A stretch of DNA of 59,449 nucleotides from Natronospirales bacterium (GCA_018971605.1 JAGXAL010000002.1:1-59449); one strand, 5' to 3'; numbered from the stretch's first letter, positions 8,720 through 18,432 are shown. A program made the numbers and translations. The notes: a model not told the origin generated them from the letters alone.

Positions 8720-9696
8720 GCGCTGCTCCTGCGGGGTGCCGCCAGTGGCTCGTCGTCGAATTGCACTTTTCCGAGTTCCGTCTGCAGGCGCTGCGCGAAA
8801 CCTTCGGGTTTGAGCGCCAGCACGTCGCAGTTCAGGCGTTGCAACAGGCCCTCGGCCACGCTGCCCAGCGTGAGCCGCTGCAGAAAATTGCGTTGTACCG
8901 TGCCCATGACCACCACGTCGCTACCGTGTTCGGCGGCAAACTCGGCGATGCTGCGGTCCGGCCGGCCGTCGAGCATGTACAACCGCGCCGGCGGAATACC
9001 GAATTCCTTGCCGAGTTTCTGCAACTCGTCGAGGTGCAGGCCGCGCAATTCTTCCGCGAGGGTGAAATCCGGCAGCCAGCTGGTCATGTATTCGCCATCC
9101 ATCGGCGGCGGGATGAACTCGAATGCGTGCACCACGTCCAGTTGCGCTGCGCATTGCATGGCCAGCCGGTTCGCGGCCTTGAGCACCTGCGCCGTGAGCT
9201 CGTGGGGCCGATCGTGCTCGTCGAGTGGATCCACCGCGGCCAGAATGCGTTGCGGCAGCGAGTGCGCTCCGCCGCGCACCAGCATCAGCGGCGCCGGGCA
9301 CTGGCGCAGCAGATCCAGGTCTTCGGGCGTGAACAGCAGACGTTTCAGCGCCGGCTCGGCACGCACGTCCTTCACCACCAGTTGCGGCTTTTCGGCCAGT
9401 ATTGCCAGCAGCATGCGCGCCATGAGCGGCCGTCCCCAGAACACCCGGGTGTCCACCGTCAAATCGTCACTGCGCACGAGGGCGGCCAGGGCTTCCAGTT
9501 TCTGGCGCCGGCCGTCGAGGTAAGCCTGCAGGTCGAAACCCTGGCCTGCGGCGCGTTCAATTACCCGATCAAATTCGAAGCGTGCCAGCAGCAGGGACTC
9601 GCCGCTTTTGCGCGCCAAGGCCGCGGCCCGTACCAGCGCCGGTGTCAGCCGCAGATCCTGGTCCACGATCACCATCAGAGAAGTGGGGGTAGCCAT
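8710..9696 (-). CDS. tandem-domain universal stress protein (UspE-like)
   Basis: 328 aa with two Usp-like halves, each ending in a G..G......GS(V/T) ATP-loop-like segment (for example VVVMGTVQRNFLQRLTLGSVAEGLL). Confidence 0.85.
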   Translation of the reverse strand: MATPTSLMVIVDQDLRLTPALVRAAALARKSGESLLLARFEFDRVIERAAGQGFDLQAYLDGRRQKLEALAALVRSDDLTVDTRVFWGRPLMARMLLAILAEKPQLVVKDVRAEPALKRLLFTPEDLDLLRQCPAPLMLVRGGAHSLPQRILAAVDPLDEHDRPHELTAQVLKAANRLAMQCAAQLDVVHAFEFIPPPMDGEYMTSWLPDFTLAEELRGLHLDELQKLGKEFGIPPARLYMLDGRPDRSIAEFAAEHGSDVVVMGTVQRNFLQRLTLGSVAEGLLQRLNCDVLALKPEGFAQRLQTELGKVQFDDEPLAAPRRSSACR

Positions 9697-9768
9697 GGAA
9701 ACTCGCTTTGCGCCCTGGGCGCAACTGTATCCGTGGCGACAATATGAATTGGAATGGGCGGGGGGACG

Positions 9769-9782
9769 ATGACCTGGATCAA
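9769..9782 (-). promoter_or_regulatory. Crp/Fnr-family box (minus-strand reading TTGATCCAGGTCAT), promoter of usp-small ORF-hdeD
   Basis: The centre lies 79.5 nt upstream of ATG 9696. The minus-strand hexamer CATATT (9741-9746) is exactly 32 bp from the box centre. Confidence 0.65.
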
Positions 9783-9813
9783 GCGTCCGGTGTTCAGCAC
9801 ATAAGGATCGCGC

Positions 9814-10488
9814 TCAACCCGACCCGGCAAGGCGCGCCAGCGCGGCGCGGTCGCGGATCACGATGCGTTCGCGCCCGAGCTCGATCCAGTGGCGGCCTTC
9901 AAAGCTGCGCAGCAGCCGTGAGACGATCTCGCGCACCGAGCCGAGCTCGTCGGCCAGCGCCTGGTGGGTGACCTGCAGCGCATCCTCGCCGCGCGCCAGC
10001 AGCCTGGCCGCGAGCCGTTGATCGAGGCGCTGGAAGACCACGGCCTCGACCACCTGCATGAGCGTGCCCAGGCGCTCGCCGAATTCGCCGAATACGTAGT
10101 GGCGGAATTCGGGGCTTTCATCGAGCAGCGCCAGAAACGTGGCCGGCGGCAGCAACACCATGACCAGCGGCTGTTCGGCAAGCGCCGTGGCGGTGTAGCT
10201 GATCTTGCCGAGCAGACAGGAGGCGCTCAGCAGGCAACTCTCTCCGCGTTTGACGCGGTAGAGCTCGACCTCGCGTCCGTTGGCGCCGCGCTGGAACACG
10301 CGCAGGCTGCCGTCAAGGATCAACGGCAGGCCGCGGCAGGGAGCATGTTCATCAAACACGACTTTGCCGGCCGGATGGGCGTAGTACTGGGCTTCGGCCG
10401 CGACGCGCCGCTGCAGCGCGGGCGGCAGGCGCGCAAACGTCGGGAAGCGCTCTTCCAGCGTGTGCAGGGCGGAATCGGACAACGGCAT
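9814..10488 (-). CDS. Crp/Fnr family transcriptional regulator (Dnr/NnrR-like, no FNR Cys cluster)
   Basis: Has a cNMP-binding-like beta-roll and a C-terminal [27 protein letters not shown], carrying the E--SR motif. There is no N-terminal CxxCxxxxxC. I chose ATG 10488 over the TTG at 10506. Confidence 0.85.
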   Translation of the reverse strand: MPLSDSALHTLEERFPTFARLPPALQRRVAAEAQYYAHPAGKVVFDEHAPCRGLPLILDGSLRVFQRGANGREVELYRVKRGESCLLSASCLLGKISYTATALAEQPLVMVLLPPATFLALLDESPEFRHYVFGEFGERLGTLMQVVEAVVFQRLDQRLAARLLARGEDALQVTHQALADELGSVREIVSRLLRSFEGRHWIELGRERIVIRDRAALARLAGSG

Positions 10489-10525
10489 ACGCAGCTCCCG
10501 TAGCAATTATAAGGCGCGAGGCTTG

Positions 10526-10541
10526 CGTGACTTAAGTCACG
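10526..10541. promoter_or_regulatory. perfect 16-bp palindrome CGTGACTTAAGTCACG (TGA-N6-TCA core) between the regulator gene and the DUF302 gene
   Basis: Shares the half-site spacing of the FNR-type boxes but has G/C flanks. TAGGCT (10563-10568) is exactly 32 bp from its centre on the plus strand. The palindrome lies 38-53 nt upstream of the regulator ATG. Confidence 0.5.
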
Positions 10542-10609
10542 GAAGCGCGCCCCCGGGGCGCCTAGGCTTGCTGCGAATGATTCATGAGCAGCAACGCGGA
10601 GCGCAGGCA

Positions 10610-10999
10610 ATGTACGGATTTAGCACGACCCTCACGGGACCCTTCAATACGGCGGTGAGCCGTGTAACCGAGGCGCTCAAGGGCGAAGGCTTCGGCGTGC
10701 TCGCCGACATCGATGTGCAGGCGACGCTCAAGGCCAAACTCGGCATCGAACATCGGCCCTACCGCATTCTCGGCGCCTGCAATCCGCCGCTCGCGCATCG
10801 CGCGCTTGCGGCCGATCCCGACATCGGGCTGCTCTTGCCCTGCAACGTGGTGGTGCGCGAGGAAGCCGACGGCCGCGTGTGGGTGGGGTTTATGGATCCG
10901 CAGGCGGTGCTCAAGCTGGTGGACAAGCCGGGCATAGCGGCGCTTGCCACAGAGGTGCGCACGCGTCTGGAGCGCGTGCGCGCGAATCTCACGCAGTGA
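10610..10999 (+). CDS. DUF302 domain protein
   Basis: 129 aa. The segments [18 protein letters not shown]...YRILGACNP and LLPCNVVV are typical of DUF302, a family often found next to sqr. Confidence 0.75.
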   Translation: MYGFSTTLTGPFNTAVSRVTEALKGEGFGVLADIDVQATLKAKLGIEHRPYRILGACNPPLAHRALAADPDIGLLLPCNVVVREEADGRVWVGFMDPQAVLKLVDKPGIAALATEVRTRLERVRANLTQ

Positions 11000-11008
11000 A
11001 ACGCAGGT

Positions 11009-11022
11009 TTGACCTGGATCAT
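11009..11022 (+). promoter_or_regulatory. Crp/Fnr-family box (TTGACCTGGATCAT) upstream of sqr
   Basis: 81.5 nt upstream of ATG 11097. CAGAAT lies at 11046-11051, 33 bp from the box centre. Confidence 0.6.
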
Positions 11023-11096
11023 GGTGGTGGCTTGCACAGGCAGCGCAGAATTCTGCATCAGGCTTGGCGGTTTTCGATCCACGGGAGGTAAGTGTC

Positions 11097-12374
11097 ATGG
11101 CCAAGATCGTCGTTCTGGGCGCCGGCATCGGCGGCTGTTCCGTGGCCTACGAGTTGCGTAGCGTGCTCGGCAAGGCCCACGAAATCACCGTGGTGAACGC
11201 CACGGATTATTTTCAATTCGTGCCTTCCAATCCGTGGGTGGCCATCGGCTGGCGCGAGCGCAGCCAGACCACGCTGCCGATTGGCAAATATCTGGCGCGC
11301 AAAGACATCGAGTTCATCGCGCAGGCAGCCACTGCGGTGGATCCGGAAAAACGCACGCTGACGCTGGCCTCGGGCGAGTCGCTGGCCTTCGATTACCTGG
11401 TTATTGCCACCGGCGCCAAGCTGGCTTTCGACGAGATCCCGGGACTGGGGCCCGAGGCTCATACCCAGTCCATCTGCACGGTCGAGCATGCCGAGCGCGC
11501 CTGGAATGCCTATCAGATATTTGTCGGGAACCTCGGGCCGGTGGTGATTGGCGCGGTGCAGGGCGCGAGCTGCTTCGGCCCGGCTTATGAATTCGCACTG
11601 ATCGTGGATACCGATCTGCGCCGCCGCAAGCTGCGCGATCGCGTGCCCATGACTTTCGTCACCGCCGAACCCTACATCGGGCATCTCGGCCTGGGCGGCG
11701 TGGGCGACTCCAAGGAACTGCTGGAGCACGAGTTCCGCCAGCGCCATATAAAGTGGATCACCAACGCCAAGTTGCTCAAGGCCGGCGCCGAAGAGCTGGA
11801 GATTGCCGAGCATAACCGCGACGGCAAGCTGGCCCGCGAGCACAAGCTGCCGAGCAAGTTCACCATGTTCATTCCCGCCTTCAAGGGCGTGGACGCGGTG
11901 GCCGGCGCCAAGGAACTATGCAATCCGCGCGGCTTCGTGCTGGTGGACAAGTACCAGCGCAATCCGCGCCACCCGCAGGTGTACGCGCTGGGCGTGGGCA
12001 TCGCGATTCCGCCGGCGGAGCCCACGCCGGTACCGGTGGGCGTGCCCAAGACCGGTTACATGATCGAATCCATGGCCATCGCCATCGCCCGCAATATCCG
12101 CGATGCCATCGCGCAGCGTCAACCGGTGTCCGAGGCTACCTGGAACGCCGTGTGTCTCGCCGACATGGGTGACGACGGCATCGCTTTCGTGGCCCTGCCG
12201 CAGATTCCGCCGCGCAACGTCACCTGGGCCAAGACCGGCAAGTGGGTGCATTTCGCCAAGCTGGCCTTCGAAAAGTATTTCCTGCGCAAGATGAAGCGCG
12301 GCAGCGCGGCGCCGCTGCACGAGCGTTACATACTCAAGATGCTCGGCATCAAGCTGCTCAAGGTCCCATCCTGA
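11097..12374 (+). CDS. sqr: sulfide:quinone oxidoreductase, type I
   Basis: Starts with GAGIGG. Contains FQFVPSNPWV and the three conserved Cys contexts (QSICTV, GASCFGPAYE, NAVCLADMGD). Near-collinear with Acidithiobacillus SQR as I remember it. RBS GGGAGG at 11083-11088. Confidence 0.85.
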   Translation: MAKIVVLGAGIGGCSVAYELRSVLGKAHEITVVNATDYFQFVPSNPWVAIGWRERSQTTLPIGKYLARKDIEFIAQAATAVDPEKRTLTLASGESLAFDYLVIATGAKLAFDEIPGLGPEAHTQSICTVEHAERAWNAYQIFVGNLGPVVIGAVQGASCFGPAYEFALIVDTDLRRRKLRDRVPMTFVTAEPYIGHLGLGGVGDSKELLEHEFRQRHIKWITNAKLLKAGAEELEIAEHNRDGKLAREHKLPSKFTMFIPAFKGVDAVAGAKELCNPRGFVLVDKYQRNPRHPQVYALGVGIAIPPAEPTPVPVGVPKTGYMIESMAIAIARNIRDAIAQRQPVSEATWNAVCLADMGDDGIAFVALPQIPPRNVTWAKTGKWVHFAKLAFEKYFLRKMKRGSAAPLHERYILKMLGIKLLKVPS

Positions 12375-12399
12375 TTCCGCAAACACGAGGAGTAAATCC

Positions 12400-12603
12400 A
12401 TGAATGTCACGCGCATGGTGTTGGCTTTCGCCGGCACGCTGATTCTGCTGAGCCTGCTGGCGTCGGTGTACTGGAGTCATTACTGGTTGTGGCTCACGGC
12501 CTTCGTGGGCGCCAACCTGCTGCAGAGCGCGTTCACCGGCTTCTGCCCGATTGCCATGTTGTTCAAGAAGCTCGGCGCGCGGCCCGGCACCGCGTTCAAT
12601 TGA
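12400..12603 (+). CDS. DUF2892 (YgaP transmembrane-domain-like) small membrane protein
   Basis: 67 aa with two TM helices and the conserved LQSAFTGFCP motif. RBS GAGGAG at 12386-12391. Confidence 0.75.
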   Translation: MNVTRMVLAFAGTLILLSLLASVYWSHYWLWLTAFVGANLLQSAFTGFCPIAMLFKKLGARPGTAFN

Positions 12604-12640
12604 AGCGCTGCCGCTGATTGAGGTGCGCGGGGGTAAGGCT

Positions 12641-14071
12641 ATGCGCCGCGGCGTAGGTGCACGCTGGGCCGCGGTCGCGCTGACGGCGCTCGCTGTGCTC
12701 GCCGTGCCGCCGGCGAACGCCGCAGACGACACGTCCATCGGCTTTCAGCAGGCGGTCGAGCGCGCACTCGCCGCCAACCCGCGGGCGCTGGCCAGCCGTG
12801 CCGACGTCGAGGCTGCGAAGGCCGGAGCCGATGCCGCGCTGGGTCAGGCCTTGCCGTCGCTCGCTTTGCAATTGTCCGCGGCGCGCAGCAACAACCCGCT
12901 GGACGTGTTCGGCTACCGTCTGGCCGAGCGCCAGGCCACGTTCGCCGATTTCGGCCTCGCGCAATACGCGGGGCCGGCTTCGCTCACGACCGCACCGCTG
13001 GCGCTCAACCAGCCCGGCTATGCCAACAACTACGACACCGGCGTGGTGCTGCGCGTGCCGCTGTTTGCCGGCGGACGCAATGCCGCAAACCTGCGTGCCA
13101 CGCGTGCGCTCGCGCAAGCCGCGCAGGCGGGCGACGCGGCGGCGCGTGCCGCACTTACCTACGAGGTGCTGCAAGCCTATGCGGGCGTGCAGGCTGCCGC
13201 TGCGCTGGTGAGCGCCGCGCACCAATCGCTGGACGCGGCAGAAGCGGATCTCAAAACCGCCGAGTCGCTGTTCCGTCAGGGTCTGGTGATTCAGAGCGAC
13301 GTGTTGCTGGCGCGTGCGCGCCGCGAATCGGCGCAAGCGGCGCTCGCGACCGCCGAGGCCGGCGCACGCGACCAGCTGGAAAGTTTCCGCACGCTGCTGG
13401 GCGCGCCTGCGAGCGACCTGGTGCCGGGCGCGCCGGTCGCGGTGAGCCTGCCGCAGGGCACACTCGCCGATCTCGAGGGCCGCGCGCTTGATGCCAACCC
13501 CCAACTGCAAGCGCTGGCCGCACAGGCGGCGGCCGGACAAGCGGCGCGCGGCGCCGCGAGTGCCGGCAACTGGCCGCAGTTCGATCTGATTCTGCGTCAT
13601 GACTGGAATGCCGACAGTCTTGCCTTGCGCGCGCCGTCCAACACCGTGATGGCGACCGTTTCCTGGCAGTTGTTCAGCTCCGGCGCCCAGTCCGCCGAGG
13701 TGCGCCGCGCCGCAGCCGAAGCCAATGCCGCGGCCGAGCGTTACCGCGGCGCCGCCGACGATACGCGGCTGGCGGTGGCGCGCGCCTGGCGTGCGGCCGA
13801 AAGTGCCGCGACCACGGCGCAGGCGAGCGTGCTGGCCGCGGAACAAACCGACGAGGCCGCGCGGCTTTTGGCACTGCGCTATGCGCAGGGCTTGGCGACG
13901 CTCGCGCAGTTGCAGGACAGCGAGGCGCGGCGGGACGCCGAGCGCGCGCAAAGCGTCGAGTCGGCCTATCGCGCGCTGCTGGCGCGCGCCCAAGTGCGGC
14001 TGCTGCTGAACCAGTTGGATCCCGCAGCTTTTAATGTTGTCCCCACATCGGCATCCGAACCGGGCTCATGA
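12641..14071 (+). CDS. TolC-family outer-membrane efflux protein
   Basis: Signal peptide ending ANAADD. Two repeats rich in coiled-coil Ala/Gln/Arg, typical of OEP proteins. Start taken at MRRGVG (ATG 12641). Confidence 0.8.
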   Translation: MRRGVGARWAAVALTALAVLAVPPANAADDTSIGFQQAVERALAANPRALASRADVEAAKAGADAALGQALPSLALQLSAARSNNPLDVFGYRLAERQATFADFGLAQYAGPASLTTAPLALNQPGYANNYDTGVVLRVPLFAGGRNAANLRATRALAQAAQAGDAAARAALTYEVLQAYAGVQAAAALVSAAHQSLDAAEADLKTAESLFRQGLVIQSDVLLARARRESAQAALATAEAGARDQLESFRTLLGAPASDLVPGAPVAVSLPQGTLADLEGRALDANPQLQALAAQAAAGQAARGAASAGNWPQFDLILRHDWNADSLALRAPSNTVMATVSWQLFSSGAQSAEVRRAAAEANAAAERYRGAADDTRLAVARAWRAAESAATTAQASVLAAEQTDEAARLLALRYAQGLATLAQLQDSEARRDAERAQSVESAYRALLARAQVRLLLNQLDPAAFNVVPTSASEPGS

Positions 14072-14072
14072 C

Positions 14073-15134
14073 ATGAAATCCATCTATCTTCTGCTTGCCC
14101 TATTCGCGATCATGGCGCTGGCTGCTTGCGGCCGTGCGCCGCAGGGCGGCACACCTGCCGCGGCCGCGCCATTCGCAACTTTCACGGTCAAGAGCGTCGA
14201 GCTCACCGACGCGGTGGAAACTCCGGGCACGGTCATCGGCAGCGAGCATGCGGAACTGGCCTCGCGCAACGGCGGGCGGGTGACGCGCGTGGCGATCACG
14301 GCCGGCCAACGCGTGGCGCGCGGCGCACTGCTGCTGGAAGTGGACCCGGCGGCGGGAGAGGCGGCAGTCGCCGCTGCCGCCGCGCGCGCTGCCGCCGCGC
14401 GTGCCGATGCCGACCAGGCCGAGCGGGATTTCCAGCGCTACGACTCCTTATATAAGGAGCAGGCCGTTTCGGTGCACGAGTTCGAGGAGGTGCGCGACCG
14501 GCGTGAAACCAGCACCGCTGCCGCCCAAGCCGCCGACAGCGCGCTGGCGGCGACGCGTACCGAACTTGGCTACGCGGTGATGCGTGCGCCCTTCGCCGGC
14601 GTGGTGGCCGCCAAGAACGTGCGTACCGGCGACTATGCCGCGCCCGGCGCAGCGCTCATCGTTCTCGACGGCGGTCGCCCGCAGGTTGAAACCCAAGTAG
14701 GTGAGGCGCTGCTTGCCGCAACCCATCTTGGCGAAGCCGTGAGCGTGACCGTCGGGGCGCAGAGTTATAGCGCGCACGTCGTCGAGCGCGTGGCTGCCGC
14801 CGATCCGGTGACGCGCACGCATCTCGTCAAGCTCGACCTGCCCGCCGACGCCAAGGTGGCGAGCGGCGCCTATGCCAGCGTCGCCTTCCCGCTGGCGCAG
14901 CGTACGGCGCTGGTGGTGCCGAGTAGCGCGCTGTTGCAGCGCGCGGGGTTGAACGGCGTGTTCGTGGTGAATGCCGACGGCGTGGCCGCGTTCCGCCTGG
15001 TGCGCGCGGGCGCGGCGCAGGGCGGACTGACTGAAATCCTCGCGGGGCTGGCCGCCGGTGAGCGTGTGGTATCCGCACCGGGACCGGATTTCGACAACGG
15101 CACGCGCGTCGCTCCGGCCGGCCCACATGGCTGA
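14073..15134 (+). CDS. efflux RND periplasmic adaptor (membrane fusion protein), lipoprotein
   Basis: Lipobox LAAC. Has a coiled-coil hairpin and a beta-barrel segment (YAVMRAPFAGVVAAKNV). Starts 2 nt after the OMP stop. Confidence 0.8.
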   Translation: MKSIYLLLALFAIMALAACGRAPQGGTPAAAAPFATFTVKSVELTDAVETPGTVIGSEHAELASRNGGRVTRVAITAGQRVARGALLLEVDPAAGEAAVAAAAARAAAARADADQAERDFQRYDSLYKEQAVSVHEFEEVRDRRETSTAAAQAADSALAATRTELGYAVMRAPFAGVVAAKNVRTGDYAAPGAALIVLDGGRPQVETQVGEALLAATHLGEAVSVTVGAQSYSAHVVERVAAADPVTRTHLVKLDLPADAKVASGAYASVAFPLAQRTALVVPSSALLQRAGLNGVFVVNADGVAAFRLVRAGAAQGGLTEILAGLAAGERVVSAPGPDFDNGTRVAPAGPHG

Positions 15135-18100
15135 CTCCCGCTCCGGCCGCCCGGCGCTGAATCCCGCCGGCCGTCTCGCCAAACTTTTCCTGCACTCCAA
15201 GCTCACGCCTCTCATGGCGGTAGCGGCGACGCTCTTCGGCCTGCTCGCGATCCTGGCCACGCCGCGCACCTACAACCCGGAAATCGTGGTGCCGGTGGTC
15301 AATATTTCGGTGAGCCGTCCGGGCAGCAACGCCCAAGAAATGCTTGACCAGGTAGTGCGGCCGCTGGAGGCGCTGATGGCCGCGATCCCCGGCGTGGATC
15401 ATAGTTACGGCATGGCGCGCGACGATTCCGCCATGGTCACGGTGCGCTTCCGCGTGGGTCAGGACGAGGAGCGCAGTCTGGTCAAGGTTTACAACCAGTT
15501 GAACAGCCACTTGGACAGCATGCCGCCCGGCACCGCCCTGCCGCTGGTGCAATCGGTAAGCCTGTACGACGTGCCGCTGGTCACGCTCACGCTCAGTTCC
15601 GCGCGCTACGACGCCCTGCAGTTGCGGCGCATCGCCGCGCACCTCATGCAACAGCTGCGCAGCGTGCCCGGCGTGGGCAAGAGCTGGATTGCCGGCGTGC
15701 CGCCGCCCGCGGTGCGCGTGTGGCTGGATCCCGCGCGCCTCGCCGCGCAGCACATGCCGCTGCCGCAACTGCTGGCGGCACTCAGCGCCAACAACACGGC
15801 GCTCGAGGCCGGGCGCCTGGCGAACGACGACCGCGAGCTGCCGCTGCGCGTCAGCGCCGAACTGCTTAACGCCGACGACGTGGGCAGCGTGGTGGTCGGC
15901 GTGTGGCAGGACAAGCCGGTATTCCTGCGCGACGTGGCGCGCATCAGCACCGCGCCTGCCAACGACGACGTGGCTTCGCTGTTGGCTTTCGGTCCGGCGG
16001 CGGGGAAAGCGCAGGCCGTGGGTCAGCCGCAAACTGCGGTGACGCTGGCGCTGGCCCGCCAACAAGGCAGCAACGGCGTCCAGGTTGCCGATGCCTTGCT
16101 CGCACGGCTGCACGCCATCGAGCAGGCGGCGCTGCCCGAGGGCGTGACGCTGACCGTGACGCGCAACTACGGGGCCGATGCCGACGACGCGGTCAACACG
16201 CTCATTGAACATCTCGGCATTTCGATTCTGGCGGTGGTGGCGATCCTGCTGGTGTTCCTCGGCTGGCGCGAGGCTTCGGTGGTGACGCTCTCGATTCCCC
16301 TGATTTTGTTCGTGGTGCTCGGTATCGGCTGGATCTCGGGGCAGACCATCAACCGCATCACGCTGTTCGCGCTCATCCTGTCGCTGGGGTTGCTGGTGGA
16401 CGACAGCATCGTGGTGATCGAGAACATCCATCGGCATCTGCACCGCAGCCGCGAGCGCAACTTCGGGCGCCTGGTGGTCGCGGCCGCCAACGAGATCGGC
16501 AAGCCCACCATCATCGCCACCTTCACCGTGATCCTGGCGCTCATCCCTATGGCTTTCGTCAGCGGCATGATGGGACCGTTCATGGCGCCGATCCCGTTCA
16601 ATGCGCCGATTGCGATGCTCGTTTCGCTGCTCATCGCCTACACCATCGTGCCTTACGTGGCCTATCGCTGGCTCAAATCCCGGGCCCGCGGCGTGTGGGC
16701 GGAAGCCGCGGCGCCGACGCTCGAAGAGCGCGACGCGCAACCGCAGGATTGGCTGCATCGCAGCTACACGCGCCTGTTTCGCCCGCTCATGAATTCACGC
16801 CGGCGGCGACGCTGGTTTCTGGCTGTGGTCGCGGCGCTGCTGCTGCTGGCCCTGTTGCAACCGCTGTGGCAGTTGATCCGCCCCGGCGGCGCCAACGGTC
16901 CGCTGTCGACATTCGGCGTGGCGCTCAAGATGCTGCCCGACGACAACGTCAATACCCTGCTCGTTGAAATCGACAGCCCCGCGGGCACCGCGCTCGAAGC
17001 CACCGGACGCGCGGCGGCGGCCGTGGGCGCGGTGCTGGCGCGCGATCGTTACGTTACCGATTACCAGACGTTTCTCGGTGAGGCCGCGCCCGAGGATTTC
17101 GCCGCGCTGGTGCGCGGCGATCCCGAACGTCGCGGCGGCGACTTCGCCCAGATCCGCGTCAATCTCACCGACAAGCACGCGCGCGCCAGCGGCTCGCACC
17201 GCATCGCGCAGCAGTTGTATGCGGAACTCGCGCCGCTGCGCAGTGCATTTCCCGGAACGCGCATCAAGATTTTCGAGACCCCGCCGGGCCCGCCGGTGCG
17301 CTCGCAGATGGAGGCCGCGCTCTACGGTCCGGATTACACCGAACTTGAACATCTTGCGAACCGCATCCGCGACGGTTATTACCCGAGGGTCTACGGCATG
17401 ATCAACGTGGACGACTCGGTGCCGGCCGATGTGCCAGGTTTCCGCGTGGCGGTGGACAGGAGCGCCGCCGCGCTCGCCGGCCTTAGTCCCGCGCGCATTG
17501 CGCGGCAAGTGCAGGCGTACTTCGGCGGCGTTACTGCCGGTAGCGTGCACGCGCCCGGTGCGCTCGAGCCCGAGGACATCGTGCTGCGCCTGCCGGCCGC
17601 GGCGCGCACCAGCCCCGCGGCGCTCGGCAACCTGTATCTGCTCAACGATCAGAACCGGCCGGTGGTGCTGTTGAGCGTCGCGCAACTTGAACCAGCGCTG
17701 GAAGACAAGCCGATTTACACCCGCGACCAGCATGCGGTGGTGTACCTGGGCGGCGAGATGCTGCACTCGAGCCCCGTGTATGCGGTGGTGAGCCTCACAA
17801 ATGGGCTGCGCGGGCTCAAGCTTCCCGACGGCAGCCGGCTGCAGGTCGGGAATCTTGGATTCACACCCTCGCAGTCGCAGGACTTGCGTCATTACCAGCT
17901 GTTCTGGGAAGGCGAGATGCGCTTGACGCTCGACGTGTTCCGGGACCTGGGCACGGCGTTCATGGTGGCGCTGCTTTTGATTTATCTGCTGCTGGTCGGT
18001 TACTACCGCTCGTTCTTCATGCCCTTGGTGGTAATGGGCGCGATTCCCTTGACGCTCATTGGCGTGTTCCCCGGTCATTGGCTGCTCGGCCAGCCGTTCA

Positions 18101-18432
18101 CCGCCACTTCCATGATCGGAGTGATTGCGCTGGCCGGCATCGTGGTGCGCAACTCGCTGCTGCTCATTGACTTCATCATCGAGCGCCGGCATCAGGGCCA
18201 CGCTCTCGAGACCGCGGTGCTGGAGGCGGGCGCGGTGCGCCTGCGGCCGATTCTGCTGACCGCGCTGGCGATCATTCTGGGTTCCGCAGTCATGCTCAGC
18301 GATCCGGTGTTCGGCGGGCTGGCGATTGCGCTGATGTTCGGCGCTCTGGCCTCGACGGTGCTCACGCTGTTCGTGATCCCGCTGGTGTATCTCTCCTGGC
18401 AGCGGCGCATGGGCAAGAAAGCCGCAGGCTGA
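15127..18432 (+). CDS. efflux RND transporter permease (AcrB/CzcA superfamily)
   Basis: About 1100 aa with a 12-TM architecture. Contains the conserved LSLGLLVDDSIVVIENI and GIVVRNSLLLIDF segments. ATG 15127 overlaps the end of the MFP gene. The gene order OMP-MFP-RND is czcCBA-like. Confidence 0.85.
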   Translation: MADSRSGRPALNPAGRLAKLFLHSKLTPLMAVAATLFGLLAILATPRTYNPEIVVPVVNISVSRPGSNAQEMLDQVVRPLEALMAAIPGVDHSYGMARDDSAMVTVRFRVGQDEERSLVKVYNQLNSHLDSMPPGTALPLVQSVSLYDVPLVTLTLSSARYDALQLRRIAAHLMQQLRSVPGVGKSWIAGVPPPAVRVWLDPARLAAQHMPLPQLLAALSANNTALEAGRLANDDRELPLRVSAELLNADDVGSVVVGVWQDKPVFLRDVARISTAPANDDVASLLAFGPAAGKAQAVGQPQTAVTLALARQQGSNGVQVADALLARLHAIEQAALPEGVTLTVTRNYGADADDAVNTLIEHLGISILAVVAILLVFLGWREASVVTLSIPLILFVVLGIGWISGQTINRITLFALILSLGLLVDDSIVVIENIHRHLHRSRERNFGRLVVAAANEIGKPTIIATFTVILALIPMAFVSGMMGPFMAPIPFNAPIAMLVSLLIAYTIVPYVAYRWLKSRARGVWAEAAAPTLEERDAQPQDWLHRSYTRLFRPLMNSRRRRRWFLAVVAALLLLALLQPLWQLIRPGGANGPLSTFGVALKMLPDDNVNTLLVEIDSPAGTALEATGRAAAAVGAVLARDRYVTDYQTFLGEAAPEDFAALVRGDPERRGGDFAQIRVNLTDKHARASGSHRIAQQLYAELAPLRSAFPGTRIKIFETPPGPPVRSQMEAALYGPDYTELEHLANRIRDGYYPRVYGMINVDDSVPADVPGFRVAVDRSAAALAGLSPARIARQVQAYFGGVTAGSVHAPGALEPEDIVLRLPAAARTSPAALGNLYLLNDQNRPVVLLSVAQLEPALEDKPIYTRDQHAVVYLGGEMLHSSPVYAVVSLTNGLRGLKLPDGSRLQVGNLGFTPSQSQDLRHYQLFWEGEMRLTLDVFRDLGTAFMVALLLIYLLLVGYYRSFFMPLVVMGAIPLTLIGVFPGHWLLGQPFTATSMIGVIALAGIVVRNSLLLIDFIIERRHQGHALETAVLEAGAVRLRPILLTALAIILGSAVMLSDPVFGGLAIALMFGALASTVLTLFVIPLVYLSWQRRMGKKAAG

